Source: Desulfuromonadales bacterium (lineage in GTDB: Bacteria > Desulfobacterota > Desulfuromonadia > Desulfuromonadales > SZUA-540). Taken from it: a DNA stretch of 64,000 nucleotides. The translations under genes and the position numbers were made by a program. How positions within the stretch are numbered: the stretch's first letter is position 1; every line of letters starts with the position of its first letter. The stretch covers positions 171,685-235,684 of the forward strand of contig JAWSUS010000001.1 in assembly GCA_033549025.1 (NCBI GenBank), in the 5' to 3' direction. Shown piece after piece: positions 21,655 through 37,221 of this stretch. The notes under the pieces were generated by a model. The model searched no databases and had not been told where the DNA came from. It worked only from the letters and a program-made list of their open reading frames with translations.

Positions 21655-22440
21655 ATGAGCAGCCTGGATGCGAACAAGGCCATAAGGCTCCGGCAAGCGT
21701 TGACAGCTGCGGCAGACGAGCTTTTTGCGTTGCTGCAGGAGGCCGATGGAGAGGTACTGCGCGCCACCCTCAAAAACCCTCGCCTGACAGAAGAACACCT
21801 GCTGGTTCTCCTCAAGAGACGAGATCTGCCGGAAGAGCTTCTCCAAGTAGTTTATCAGCACAAACACAGCGCCGAAAGTCATCGACTCAAATTGGCTCTG
21901 GCCCAGAACCCGGCCACACCGGGGCACCTGATGCAGACCCTGCTGCCACAGCTCTTCACCTTCGAACTGCTCAACCTCTGCGTGCTGCCGGGCACAACCA
22001 GCGACCAGAAACTGGCGGCGGAACGGGTCATCGTGCAACGGCTGCCCACTATGCCGCTGGGCCATAAAATGACCCTGGCCCGCCGGGGGACGGCTCTCAT
22101 TGTCGGTGAACTGCTCAAAGAGGGGGATACCCGACTGCTGGAGGCCTGCCTGGCCAATGCGCGCTTAAAGGAATCTGCGATTTTTCAGTTTCTGAACGGC
22201 GCCAAGGCCACGGCCGAGACCATCTCCTGCGTGGCCCGTCATCCGCGCTGGAAAAACCGCCCCAATCTGCAGATGGCTATCCTGAAGAACCGCAAAACCC
22301 CACCCATCTGGTACACGGTGCTGCTACCCCGCCTCCGGCCGACGGAGATCCGGCAGCTGCGGACCAACCCCAGCCTGAGCCCCGCCCAGCGCACCCTCAT
22401 TCAGGAAGAGATGAACAGGCGCCAAAAACGCTCTTCCTGA
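21655..22440 (+). CDS. Conserved hypothetical helical-repeat (leucine-rich variant-like) protein
   Basis: Repeated LxxNPxT/L motifs (LKNPRL, AQNPAT, LANARL, LKNRKT, TNPSL). Confidence 0.7.
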   Translation: MSSLDANKAIRLRQALTAAADELFALLQEADGEVLRATLKNPRLTEEHLLVLLKRRDLPEELLQVVYQHKHSAESHRLKLALAQNPATPGHLMQTLLPQLFTFELLNLCVLPGTTSDQKLAAERVIVQRLPTMPLGHKMTLARRGTALIVGELLKEGDTRLLEACLANARLKESAIFQFLNGAKATAETISCVARHPRWKNRPNLQMAILKNRKTPPIWYTVLLPRLRPTEIRQLRTNPSLSPAQRTLIQEEMNRRQKRSS

Positions 22441-22452
22441 TTCTTCCCCTTA

Positions 22453-23211
22453 TCAGTCAAACGCCACGATAAATCCGCTGCCGTACCCCTGTGCCACAAA
22501 ATCCCGCTGGGCCGCTTCCGCCGCCGGCAGCGTCTTGTACTGGCCGACCCGCACCCGGTAGAAGCGCTGCCCCTTCACCACCGTTTCAGCCACCGTCGCC
22601 ACGCCGTAGCGACTTTTCAGCTCGGCGGCGAACCGGCGGGCGTTCTCCGGCTGGGTGAAGGCGCCCAGCTGCACGGCATAGCTCGCCGGGGCATAGCTCA
22701 CCGGTTCACGGTACGTCACCTGGCCGGATGAACCCTTGACCTGGTAACCCAGCGCCTCGATGCGCACCGGCGCCGTGCCCGGCCCCACCACTTCCAGCTC
22801 CTTGGCGGCCGCAAAGGAGAGATCGATAATGCGACCCTTGACGAAGGGCCCGCGATCGTTGACCCGTACCACCATCTGTCGGCCGTTGTTTTTATTGTGA
22901 ACCCGTACGTAGACGCCCAGGGGCAGGGTCTTGTGGGCCGCGGTCATGGCGTACATGTCGTAGATTTCGCCATTGCTGGTCTTTTTACCGTGAAAATCCT
23001 TGCCGTACCAACTGGCCAACCCTTCTTCGATGAAACCGTGATGGGAGCTCAGGGGATCGTATCTCTCCCCGTTGACCGTGTAGGGTTTCTGATGCCCCTT
23101 CAATTCACGGGTCTGCGGTGTGTCGATCACGCGGGTATCGTAGATCGGCTGACCGGCACAGCCGGCCAACAGCCACAGGGCACCCAAAACAACAAAGAGT
23201 TCTTTCCTCAT
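22453..23211 (-). CDS. rlpA: Septal ring lytic transglycosylase RlpA with SPOR domain (lipoprotein)
   Basis: Lipobox LAGC, GLASWYG, MTAAHKTLPLG, VNDRGPF, IIDLS, SPOR VQLGAF...YRVRVG. Confidence 0.94.
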   Translation of the reverse strand: MRKELFVVLGALWLLAGCAGQPIYDTRVIDTPQTRELKGHQKPYTVNGERYDPLSSHHGFIEEGLASWYGKDFHGKKTSNGEIYDMYAMTAAHKTLPLGVYVRVHNKNNGRQMVVRVNDRGPFVKGRIIDLSFAAAKELEVVGPGTAPVRIEALGYQVKGSSGQVTYREPVSYAPASYAVQLGAFTQPENARRFAAELKSRYGVATVAETVVKGQRFYRVRVGQYKTLPAAEAAQRDFVAQGYGSGFIVAFD

Positions 23212-23242
23212 GAAAACCTCGCCAGCGTGAGTCAAATAAGGA

Positions 23243-23276
23243 ACAGGGCGGTGGCCTCTGTGGCCTACCGCCCTGT
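23243..23276 (-). terminator. Hairpin after accA, possible weak terminator
   Basis: ACAGGGCGGT / ACCGCCCTGT 10-bp stem; only a weak T tract (TCCTTATTT) on the minus strand. Confidence 0.45.
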
Positions 23277-23323
23277 GTATTTAGCATGCTTTTTAACGGA
23301 TGGTGCTCCCCCGACCGGCCAGG

Positions 23324-24277
23324 CTATTCTACCACGCGGCTCATGGCGCGGAATTTCTGGTAGCGCTGTTCCACCAGTTCCTCCGGTGAAAGCTGGTTGA
23401 GCTCATCCAGGTGTTTCTTCAGGTATTTCTTCAGATTCTCGGCGGTGGCCTGGTGATCGTTGTGCCCCCCGCCGACGGGCTCTTCCACCACATCGTCGAT
23501 GACACATCCGAGCTCGGCGATGTCCGTCGCTGTCAGCTTCAACGCTTCGGCCGCCTGCGGTCCCTTGGTACCGTCACTCCACAGGATGGCGGCGCAGCCC
23601 TCGGGGGAGATAACGGCGTAAACCGAATATTCCATCATCAGTACCCGGTTGCCGACGGCGATGGCCAGCGCCCCGCCAGAACCCCCTTCACCCGTGATGG
23701 TGACGATAACCGGCACGGTCAAGGCCGCCATTTCCCTCAGATTGCGGGCGATGGCCTCGGCCTGGCCCCGCTCTTCGGCACCTATACCAGGAAAGGCCCC
23801 GGGCGTGTCGACGAAAGTGAAGATCGGCAGGCCGAACTGTTCCGCCATCTGCATGACGCGCAGGGCCTTGCGGTAACCTTCGGGATTGGGCATGCCGAAG
23901 TTGCGATAGACCTTTTCCTTGGTGTCCCTCCCCTTCTGATGGCCGATAACGGCACAGGGCTGTCCCTCGAACCGGGCAAAACCGCAAACCAGGGCCGGAT
24001 CGTCACGGAAATTGCGATCGCCGTGGACCTCGAACCAGTCGGTAAAAATATGCTGCACATAGTCGAGGGTAAAGGGGCGGTTGATATGCCGCGCCAACTG
24101 CGTGCGCTGCCAGCGGGTCAGATTGGAAAAGATCTCTTCGCGTAGTTTCTGGGCCTTTTTTTCCAGCTTTTTCAGATCGCTGGAAAAATCGACCTTGTCG
24201 GTGGAGTAATCACGCAGTTCGCGGATTTTCTGTTCCAGGTCGACAAGGGGCTTTTCAAAATCAAGGTAGAATTGCAT
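23324..24277 (-). CDS. accA: Acetyl-CoA carboxylase carboxyltransferase alpha subunit
   Basis: [54 protein letters not shown]. Confidence 0.97.
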   Translation of the reverse strand: MQFYLDFEKPLVDLEQKIRELRDYSTDKVDFSSDLKKLEKKAQKLREEIFSNLTRWQRTQLARHINRPFTLDYVQHIFTDWFEVHGDRNFRDDPALVCGFARFEGQPCAVIGHQKGRDTKEKVYRNFGMPNPEGYRKALRVMQMAEQFGLPIFTFVDTPGAFPGIGAEERGQAEAIARNLREMAALTVPVIVTITGEGGSGGALAIAVGNRVLMMEYSVYAVISPEGCAAILWSDGTKGPQAAEALKLTATDIAELGCVIDDVVEEPVGGGHNDHQATAENLKKYLKKHLDELNQLSPEELVEQRYQKFRAMSRVVE

Positions 24278-24412
24278 AGCCACATCTCCTGACTTGTCCA
24301 TTTGGGTCGCAAGCGTCTATGTATATACCAACAAGGCCAAAATAACAATGCCTTATCGCCCGCCGGCACCAAAACCCGAGTAAAAGCCTGGATTTTCCCT
24401 AAAATTCGATCC

Positions 24413-27886
<3,474 letters not shown>

Positions 27887-27907
27887 AAATCCTCTGGTGC
27901 TAAATAG

Positions 27908-27984
27908 GTGAGGCGTGCGGTAGAGACTGAGGTGCGAGACGGCGGAATGAAGCGTTTACCTCAACCTTACTCCTGACGCCTCAC
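27908..27984. repeat. Intergenic heptamer-based inverted repeat
   Basis: GTGAGGCGT (27908-27916) / ACGCCTCAC (27976-27984). The reverse complement of 27965-27984 matches 5165-5184 at 18/20 nt. Confidence 0.6.
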
Positions 27985-27988
27985 AGGC

Positions 27989-28570
27989 TCAGATCACTTC
28001 CACGCCGAACTGGCCGAGCAGATCGACCAGCTTGATGAGCGGCAGGCCGATGAGGCTGGTGTAATCCTCCCCTTCCACCTTCTGCATGAGGGCAATGCCG
28101 AGCCCTTCAATCTTGAAGGAGCCGGCGCAGTCCACGGGATTTTCCCGCTGCACATAGCGGCTGATTTGCTCGTCGGTAAGGGTTTTGAGGGTCACCGTGC
28201 AGGTGGCGAAATCGGAAAGGGACTGGCCGTTGCTGGCATCAAAAACCGTCACCCCGGTATAAAAGGTGTGGCTGCGGCCGGCCATGGCTCGCAGCTGTTC
28301 CACCGCCTTGGCTTGGGTCATCGGTTTGCCGAGCACCTGATTGCGCGGATCAACAAAGATCTGATCCGAACCGATGATGAGCGCTTCCGGGTAGCGCTCA
28401 CGCAGGCTGTGCGCCTTGTGGTAGGCCAGGTGCTTGACCAGCAGCTCCGGCGCGATGCCTTTGTGCATCTCCTCCTTGTAGAGGGGCGCATCGGCCACAA
28501 AGGGGATTTCCAGTTGGCGGAGCAGTTGACGGCGGTAAGGGCTGGTGGAGGCCAGAACGATGGATCGCAT
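27989..28570 (-). CDS. maf: Maf-family nucleoside triphosphate pyrophosphatase (YceF-like)
   Basis: LASTSPYRRQLL, IGSDQ, CAGSFKIEGLG, LIGLPL. Confidence 0.92.
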   Translation of the reverse strand: MRSIVLASTSPYRRQLLRQLEIPFVADAPLYKEEMHKGIAPELLVKHLAYHKAHSLRERYPEALIIGSDQIFVDPRNQVLGKPMTQAKAVEQLRAMAGRSHTFYTGVTVFDASNGQSLSDFATCTVTLKTLTDEQISRYVQRENPVDCAGSFKIEGLGIALMQKVEGEDYTSLIGLPLIKLVDLLGQFGVEVI

Positions 28571-28659
28571 GGAGATTCCTCAGGGTAAAAATTCCTCCCC
28601 TTTTTACTCCAGCTACCGCAGAATTGCAATGGTTGAACCGGCCATTCGCGCCAATCCAA

Positions 28660-29049
28660 TCAACCCTGCCGGCACCAGCCTGGCACGTCCTCCGCGATCA
28701 GGCCCGCTGCCGAAAAGAGGGGCAAATGCACATGGGGCAGGGGCTGGCGGCCGCCTTCATCGGACCGCATCCCCCGCACCAGGGGCAGATCAAGGGCAGC
28801 CTCCACCAGGGCGGCGCGCAGCCTGTCGGCACCGCAGCGCGACAGAAAGGAAGCCGCCTCCCGGCACCCCAGCCACTGGTCGACAAAAGTCACCTCGGCC
28901 TCGCCGCCAACCTCGATAAGCACCTCCCCTTCATAGCAGCCGTCCCCCACCGTACCGCATACGCGCACGCCACGCCCGCTGCGCTCCACCGAACGAGTAT
29001 CAAAATAGACGCCCCGGCCTTCCATCTCTTCCGTCGCAATGTAAATCAT
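28660..29049 (-). CDS. Hypothetical protein (~129 aa) downstream of the WYL regulator
   Basis: Strong RBS AGGAGG 5 nt before the ATG at 29049; own -10 box and operator; no recognised family. Confidence 0.65.
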   Translation of the reverse strand: MIYIATEEMEGRGVYFDTRSVERSGRGVRVCGTVGDGCYEGEVLIEVGGEAEVTFVDQWLGCREAASFLSRCGADRLRAALVEAALDLPLVRGMRSDEGGRQPLPHVHLPLFSAAGLIAEDVPGWCRQG

Positions 29050-29076
29050 CCTGTCCTCCTTCTCGGTTATGATTCC

Positions 29077-29108
29077 ATCATACCGAGCTGAGTGACAGAA
29101 TGTGTCAC
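29077..29108 (-). promoter_or_regulatory. Palindromic operator plus -10 box (candidate WYL-factor-activated promoter)
   Basis: GTGACA-N5-TGTCAC perfect palindrome at 29092-29108, then 9 nt, then TATGAT (29082-29077) on the minus strand. Confidence 0.7.
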
Positions 29109-29148
29109 ACAGTTTCGACCACACAAAAAGGGAAAAAACTGTTGATTC

Positions 29149-30141
29149 CTACCTTTTCGCCATCGTCTTCAGCCCCTGCCGCAGCCCCGCCACAAAGGTC
29201 TTGCGCAGGCCTTCCGGCGCCAGTACTTCCACGTGCGGCAGGTAGGAATAGAGCCAGGAGAGGATCTCCTGCTCACCTGCCGCCTCAAAGGAGAGGATCA
29301 CCGAGCCGTCCTCCTGCTCGTCCAGCTGCTGAGCCGGGTGCCAGATGCGCTCACGGATCAGGTGGGCCACGGCCGGGCCGAAACGGACCTTAAGAGCCAG
29401 CGGTTGGTCGTTGATCAGACCGAAGGCGTTGCCGGTGAGATCCTCCAGGCGGAAGTTTTCGGGAATCTCGAAACGCGTATCGCTACAGTGAAGCTCCTGA
29501 ATCCGGTCGACCAGAAAGAGGCGCAAATCCTGGCGGTTATGAGCGTAACCGCCCACATAGAGGGAATCCTTGTAGAAGAGCAGTGTGTAAGGGTCGAAGA
29601 GATATTCCTGACCGGAGCGGTGGGGCGGCGCGTAGATCAGGGTGCAGCGGTACTGATAGAGCAGGGCCTCGCGCAGGCGACGCAGGATTTCCTTTTTGCC
29701 GCTGTAGTCCCGTATTCCCTGAAAACGGGGGGCTGCCGCTTCGGCCAGGCGTTCGAGATGGGCGACGCTACGCGGCGGCAGACTGGAGCGGATGCGGCCA
29801 AAAATGGCGTCGAGATCATCGGAAAAAGGCGTTCCCTGCAGAAAGGAGAGTTGCCCCCGACAGAAATAGAGGGTCATCAACTCCGGTAGGGAAAACGTGA
29901 TGGGTGGGATATTCTTGAAGCCGGTGATGAATCGATAAAGGGTGCGTCCATCGGCCTCGCGCTCCCGCACCAGCGGATAACCGGCATCGGCTATTGCCTG
30001 CAGGTCGCGGTAGATGGTGCGCCGATTAACCTGGCACTCCTCGACCAGTTCCTCCACCGTGGCGCCGTACCGGGCTTCGAGCAGGCGGATGACATCATGC
30101 AGTCGGGCGGCCTGGCTGTATTTCTTGGCCGGCTTGGTCAC
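29149..30141 (-). CDS. HTH-WYL-WCX transcriptional regulator (YafY/DriD/PafB-like)
   Basis: wHTH VNRRTIYRDLQAI, WYL domain FDPYTL...SLYVGGY...LRLFLVDRI, WCX EILSWLYSYLPHVEVLAPEGLR. Confidence 0.93.
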   Translation of the reverse strand: MTKPAKKYSQAARLHDVIRLLEARYGATVEELVEECQVNRRTIYRDLQAIADAGYPLVREREADGRTLYRFITGFKNIPPITFSLPELMTLYFCRGQLSFLQGTPFSDDLDAIFGRIRSSLPPRSVAHLERLAEAAAPRFQGIRDYSGKKEILRRLREALLYQYRCTLIYAPPHRSGQEYLFDPYTLLFYKDSLYVGGYAHNRQDLRLFLVDRIQELHCSDTRFEIPENFRLEDLTGNAFGLINDQPLALKVRFGPAVAHLIRERIWHPAQQLDEQEDGSVILSFEAAGEQEILSWLYSYLPHVEVLAPEGLRKTFVAGLRQGLKTMAKR

Positions 30142-30144
30142 ACC

Positions 30145-30519
30145 TCACTCTTCATTGGTCACATAATAGGTGTACTTGTGGGCCTTTCCGCGGACCTGCT
30201 CGCTGGGGTACTTGCGGATGTTCTTCTCCATCTTGGCCAGCACCGTATCGGCCATGTCCAGCCCCAGTGTATTGGCCAGCGAGAGCGCATAAATGACGAT
30301 ATCGGCGAGTTCTTCGCCGATATCCTGGAGTGCTGCAGGAGACAGATTTTTCGACTGCTCCACTGTCAGCCACTGAAAATGCTCCATCAGTTCGCCCGCC
30401 TCGATGGCAATGGACATGCTCAGGTTCTTCGGGGTATGAAATTGCTCCCAATCCCGCTCCCGCACAAAGTCCGCCATCTTCTCCTTGAGGTCCTGCAAGG
30501 TGGTCTGGTTGTCGCTCAT
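30145..30519 (-). CDS. MazG-like nucleotide pyrophosphohydrolase (dCTP diphosphatase type)
   Basis: ERDWEQFHTPKNL, EAGELMEHFQW, EELADI, KMEKNIRKYP. Confidence 0.92.
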   Translation of the reverse strand: MSDNQTTLQDLKEKMADFVRERDWEQFHTPKNLSMSIAIEAGELMEHFQWLTVEQSKNLSPAALQDIGEELADIVIYALSLANTLGLDMADTVLAKMEKNIRKYPSEQVRGKAHKYTYYVTNEE

Positions 30520-30558
30520 GGATATCTCCTTGAATGCCTTTAGCGCAATTTCTCTTGA

Positions 30559-32254
<1,696 letters not shown>

Positions 32255-32280
32255 AGACTTGTCCAACATCTGCTCCCGGT

Positions 32281-33840
32281 TTATTCCCATTCAATGGTTG
32301 CAGGGGGCTTGCTGGAAATATCATAGACGACGCGGTTGATGCCCTTGACCTCGTTGATGATGCGGTTGCTGATGCGGGCGAGATCGGCGTAGGGCATGGG
32401 GTACCAGCCAGCGGTCATGAAATCCTTGGTTTCGACCGCACGCAGGGCCACCACGTACTCGTAGGTGCGGCCGTCGCCCATGACCCCGACACTCTTGACG
32501 GGCAGAAACACGGCGAAGGCCTGGCTGATCTTGTCGTAGTGCCCGCTGCTGTAGAGCTCTTCAATGTAGATGGCGTCGGCACGGCGCAGGATGTCGGCGT
32601 ACTCTTTTTTGACCTCGCCGAGAATGCGCACGCCCAGACCGGGCCCCGGGAAGGGGTGACGCCAGACCATCTGCCGGGGCAGGCCCAATTCCTCGCCGAT
32701 GGCGCGGACTTCATCCTTGAAGAGTTCACGCAAAGGCTCCAGCAACTGCAGCTTCATGTAGTCGGGCAGACCACCGACGTTGTGATGGCTCTTGATATTG
32801 TGGGCCTTGCCCGTTTTCGCCCCGGCCGACTCGATGACGTCGGGGTAGATGGTCCCCTGCGCCAGCCATTTGGCATCGCTGAGTTTGCCGGCTTCCTCTT
32901 CGAAGATGTCGACAAAAAGGCCGCCGATGATCTTGCGCTTGCGCTCGGGGTCGCTCACCCCGGCCAGGCCAGCGAGGAAACGGTCCTCGGCATCGACGCG
33001 GATGACCTTGACGCCCATGTTCTCGGCGAAAGTGGCCATGACCTGATCCCCCTCGCCCAGCCGCAGCAGGCCGTTGTCGACAAAGACGCAGGTGAGCTGC
33101 TCACCGATGGCCCGGTGAATGAGGGCGGCGGCTACAGAGGAATCGACGCCGCCGGAGAGGCCGAGGATGACGCGATCGCGGCCGACCTGCTCGCGGATGC
33201 GGGCAATGGCGTCTTCGATGATGTGCCCCGGGGTCCAACTGCCGCTGCAGCCGCAGATCTTGCGCACGAAGGTGTCGACGAGAATTTCGCCGCGGGGGGT
33301 GTGGTTGACCTCGGGATGGAACTGGACGCCATACAACCGGCGGTCCACGTTCTGAATGGCGCACACCGGCGCGTTATCGGTGTGAGCAACGACCTCGAAA
33401 CCCGCGGGAAGGCGCGAGACGTGGTCGCCGTGGCTCATCCAGACCGGGCTGCTGCCTTCGACGAAGAAACCGTCAAAGAGCGGGCCGGGCTGGCCCTGAC
33501 TGTGCAGATCGGCATGGCCGAATTCCCGCTTGCCCGCCGGCACCACCTCCCCGCCGAAATGACGGGACATGAGCTGCATGCCGTAGCAGATGCCGAGGAC
33601 GGGAACGCCCAATTCGAACAAGGCCTCTTCCACGGCCGGTGCCCCCTGGTCGTAGACGGACTTGGGCCCGCCGGAGAGGATGATCCCCCGGGGCGCGAAA
33701 TCGCGGATGGCCTGCAGGTCCATGTCGTAAGGATGCAGTTCGCAGTAGACATGGGCTTCACGCACCCGGCGGGCGATGAGCTGCGTGTACTGGGAGCCAA
33801 AATCGAGAATGAGTATCTTTTCGCTATGAATATCGGACAT
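32281..33840 (-). CDS. guaA: GMP synthase (glutamine-hydrolysing)
   Basis: [56 protein letters not shown]. Confidence 0.98.
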   Translation of the reverse strand: MSDIHSEKILILDFGSQYTQLIARRVREAHVYCELHPYDMDLQAIRDFAPRGIILSGGPKSVYDQGAPAVEEALFELGVPVLGICYGMQLMSRHFGGEVVPAGKREFGHADLHSQGQPGPLFDGFFVEGSSPVWMSHGDHVSRLPAGFEVVAHTDNAPVCAIQNVDRRLYGVQFHPEVNHTPRGEILVDTFVRKICGCSGSWTPGHIIEDAIARIREQVGRDRVILGLSGGVDSSVAAALIHRAIGEQLTCVFVDNGLLRLGEGDQVMATFAENMGVKVIRVDAEDRFLAGLAGVSDPERKRKIIGGLFVDIFEEEAGKLSDAKWLAQGTIYPDVIESAGAKTGKAHNIKSHHNVGGLPDYMKLQLLEPLRELFKDEVRAIGEELGLPRQMVWRHPFPGPGLGVRILGEVKKEYADILRRADAIYIEELYSSGHYDKISQAFAVFLPVKSVGVMGDGRTYEYVVALRAVETKDFMTAGWYPMPYADLARISNRIINEVKGINRVVYDISSKPPATIEWE

Positions 33841-33881
33841 GTTGACTCCGTATGGGGCACGAGGCGTGGCGCCTATCTGCC

Positions 33882-35390
<1,509 letters not shown>

Positions 35391-35400
35391 TTAATCGATG

Positions 35401-35430
35401 ATGCTATGCAATCTCGGCGGTCTGAGTCAA
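35401..35430 (-). promoter_or_regulatory. Candidate sigma70 promoter for guaBA
   Basis: TTGACT-18 nt-TAGCAT on the minus strand. Confidence 0.45.
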
Positions 35431-35444
35431 GGAAAAATACCACG

Positions 35445-36515
35445 TCAACTGGGGATGAACATGTTGCGGTCGGCGATGCGGTCGAGAAGCCCGACGAGCA
35501 GGCGCACCGTGTTCTCCAGATCGCTCAGGGACAGCAATTCCACCGGGGTATGCATGTAACGCAGCGGCACGCTGACCAGGGCCGCCGCCACCCCGCCGCG
35601 GGAGAGCTGGATGACATTGGCGTCGGTGCCGGTGGCCCGGGGAGCGCCCATGACCTGATAGGGGATATTCTCGTCGCGGGCCGTCTGCACCAGCAGCTCG
35701 AAGAGGACGGGATTTATGTTGGCGCCGCGGGCGAGGATCGGCCCCTTGCCGACGCGAAAGTCACCGATCTCCTTCTTGTCGACATCGGGATAGTCGGTGG
35801 AATGCCCTACCTCGATGGCGATGCCCACGTCGGGGTTGACGCCGTAGGCGCTGGTGGTGCCGCCGCGCAGGCCGATTTCCTCCTGCACCGTGGAGACGCC
35901 GAAGAGATCCACGGGCGAGCTGCCGCGCCGGCGCACTTCCTTGAGAACCTGGGCGACGATGAAGGCGCCCATTTTGTCGTCAAAGGCGCGGGAGGTGACG
36001 CGGTCGCCCTGCAGCCGCTGCAGTCCCACGGCAAAGGTGGCCGGATCGCCGACGGCGACCAGGGCCTCGGCCTCCTGCCGGTCGCTGCAGCCGATATCGA
36101 TGAACATGTTCTTGAACTTGGCCACCGTATCGCGCTCTTTGGCCTCGATGAGGTGGATGGGCTTTTTGCCGATGACACCGGGAATGCTACCGGCAGCGGC
36201 ATGCACCCACACCCGCTGGCCGGGGACCAGATGCGCGTCGACACCGCCGATGGGGCCGAAATAGAGGAAACCGTTGTCGTCGATATACTTGACCATCAGG
36301 CCGATTTCGTCGCAGTGGCCGGCCAGCATGACACGCGGAGCATCCTCCCGGCTGGCCCGCACGCGCGCCATGACATTGCCCATGACGTCGGTTTCGACGG
36401 TATCGGCTACGTCCGCCAGCTCCTGGCGGAAAACCCGCTGGGCCGGCTGTTCGAACCCGGAAGGACTGGGGGCTTCGACAAATCGCTTGAAAAAATCAAA
36501 ATCCTGCTCGTTCAT
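35445..36515 (-). CDS. M42-family metallopeptidase
   Basis: PSPSGFE, GHCDEIG, AFDDKMG, QEEIGLRG, GTDA, PLRYMHTPVE. Confidence 0.92.
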   Translation of the reverse strand: MNEQDFDFFKRFVEAPSPSGFEQPAQRVFRQELADVADTVETDVMGNVMARVRASREDAPRVMLAGHCDEIGLMVKYIDDNGFLYFGPIGGVDAHLVPGQRVWVHAAAGSIPGVIGKKPIHLIEAKERDTVAKFKNMFIDIGCSDRQEAEALVAVGDPATFAVGLQRLQGDRVTSRAFDDKMGAFIVAQVLKEVRRRGSSPVDLFGVSTVQEEIGLRGGTTSAYGVNPDVGIAIEVGHSTDYPDVDKKEIGDFRVGKGPILARGANINPVLFELLVQTARDENIPYQVMGAPRATGTDANVIQLSRGGVAAALVSVPLRYMHTPVELLSLSDLENTVRLLVGLLDRIADRNMFIPS

Positions 36516-36544
36516 AAAAAACCTCACTTTTTAGGCTTCAGGTC

Positions 36545-37219
36545 TCACTCACCATTTCTGACGGCCATCACCCCCAGGGCCTTGCGCACCAACTGGTCAC
36601 TGTTGCGGCGGGCCTGTTCAAACTGCTCTTCGGTCAGGCCGGCACCCAGGGCAATCTTGCGGGCCATGGCCAGAGGCGTCAGATCTCCCGGCGCGTGGCT
36701 GTCCGTATTGACCACCAGAGGCGCGCCCTGTTCCAGAGCCAGACGGGCGACATGACCATTGGTCAGGCTGTGCCCCTTGCGGGTGGTAATTTCCAGACAG
36801 ATACCCCGGCGGGCCGCCAGCGTGGCCTCTTCGGCTGTGATCAGGCCGGGATGGGCCAGAATGTCGACGTCTGCCTCCAGAGCCGCGCGGTTGGTACCGG
36901 GCGCGACCGGCTCGACGATCGTTTCGCCATGGCAGACGACAATCTGGGCACCGAGGCGACGGGCCTCCTGCACGGCGGTCAGAATCATGGGCGGTGGCAC
37001 GTGGGTCAATTCGATGCCGGCCAGCACGGTAAAGCCCCAAGCCTTGCCCAGGTCGGCAGCGACGCGGACAAGACGGGGGATGATGAGATCCATATTGGAA
37101 AAATCGCCATGGTCGGTGATCGCCAGGGCGCGATAGCCAGCGACGGCCGCCCGCCGGGTCAGTTCGGCAGGAATCAGTTCGCCGTCGCTGTAGATGGAAT
37201 GGGTGTGCAGATCGATCAC
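36545..37219 (-). CDS. PHP-domain phosphoesterase
   Basis: DLHTHSIYSDG, ITDH, HGETIVEP, LAHPG, NTDSH. Confidence 0.9.
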   Translation of the reverse strand: MIDLHTHSIYSDGELIPAELTRRAAVAGYRALAITDHGDFSNMDLIIPRLVRVAADLGKAWGFTVLAGIELTHVPPPMILTAVQEARRLGAQIVVCHGETIVEPVAPGTNRAALEADVDILAHPGLITAEEATLAARRGICLEITTRKGHSLTNGHVARLALEQGAPLVVNTDSHAPGDLTPLAMARKIALGAGLTEEQFEQARRNSDQLVRKALGVMAVRNGE

Positions 37220-37221
37220 GA

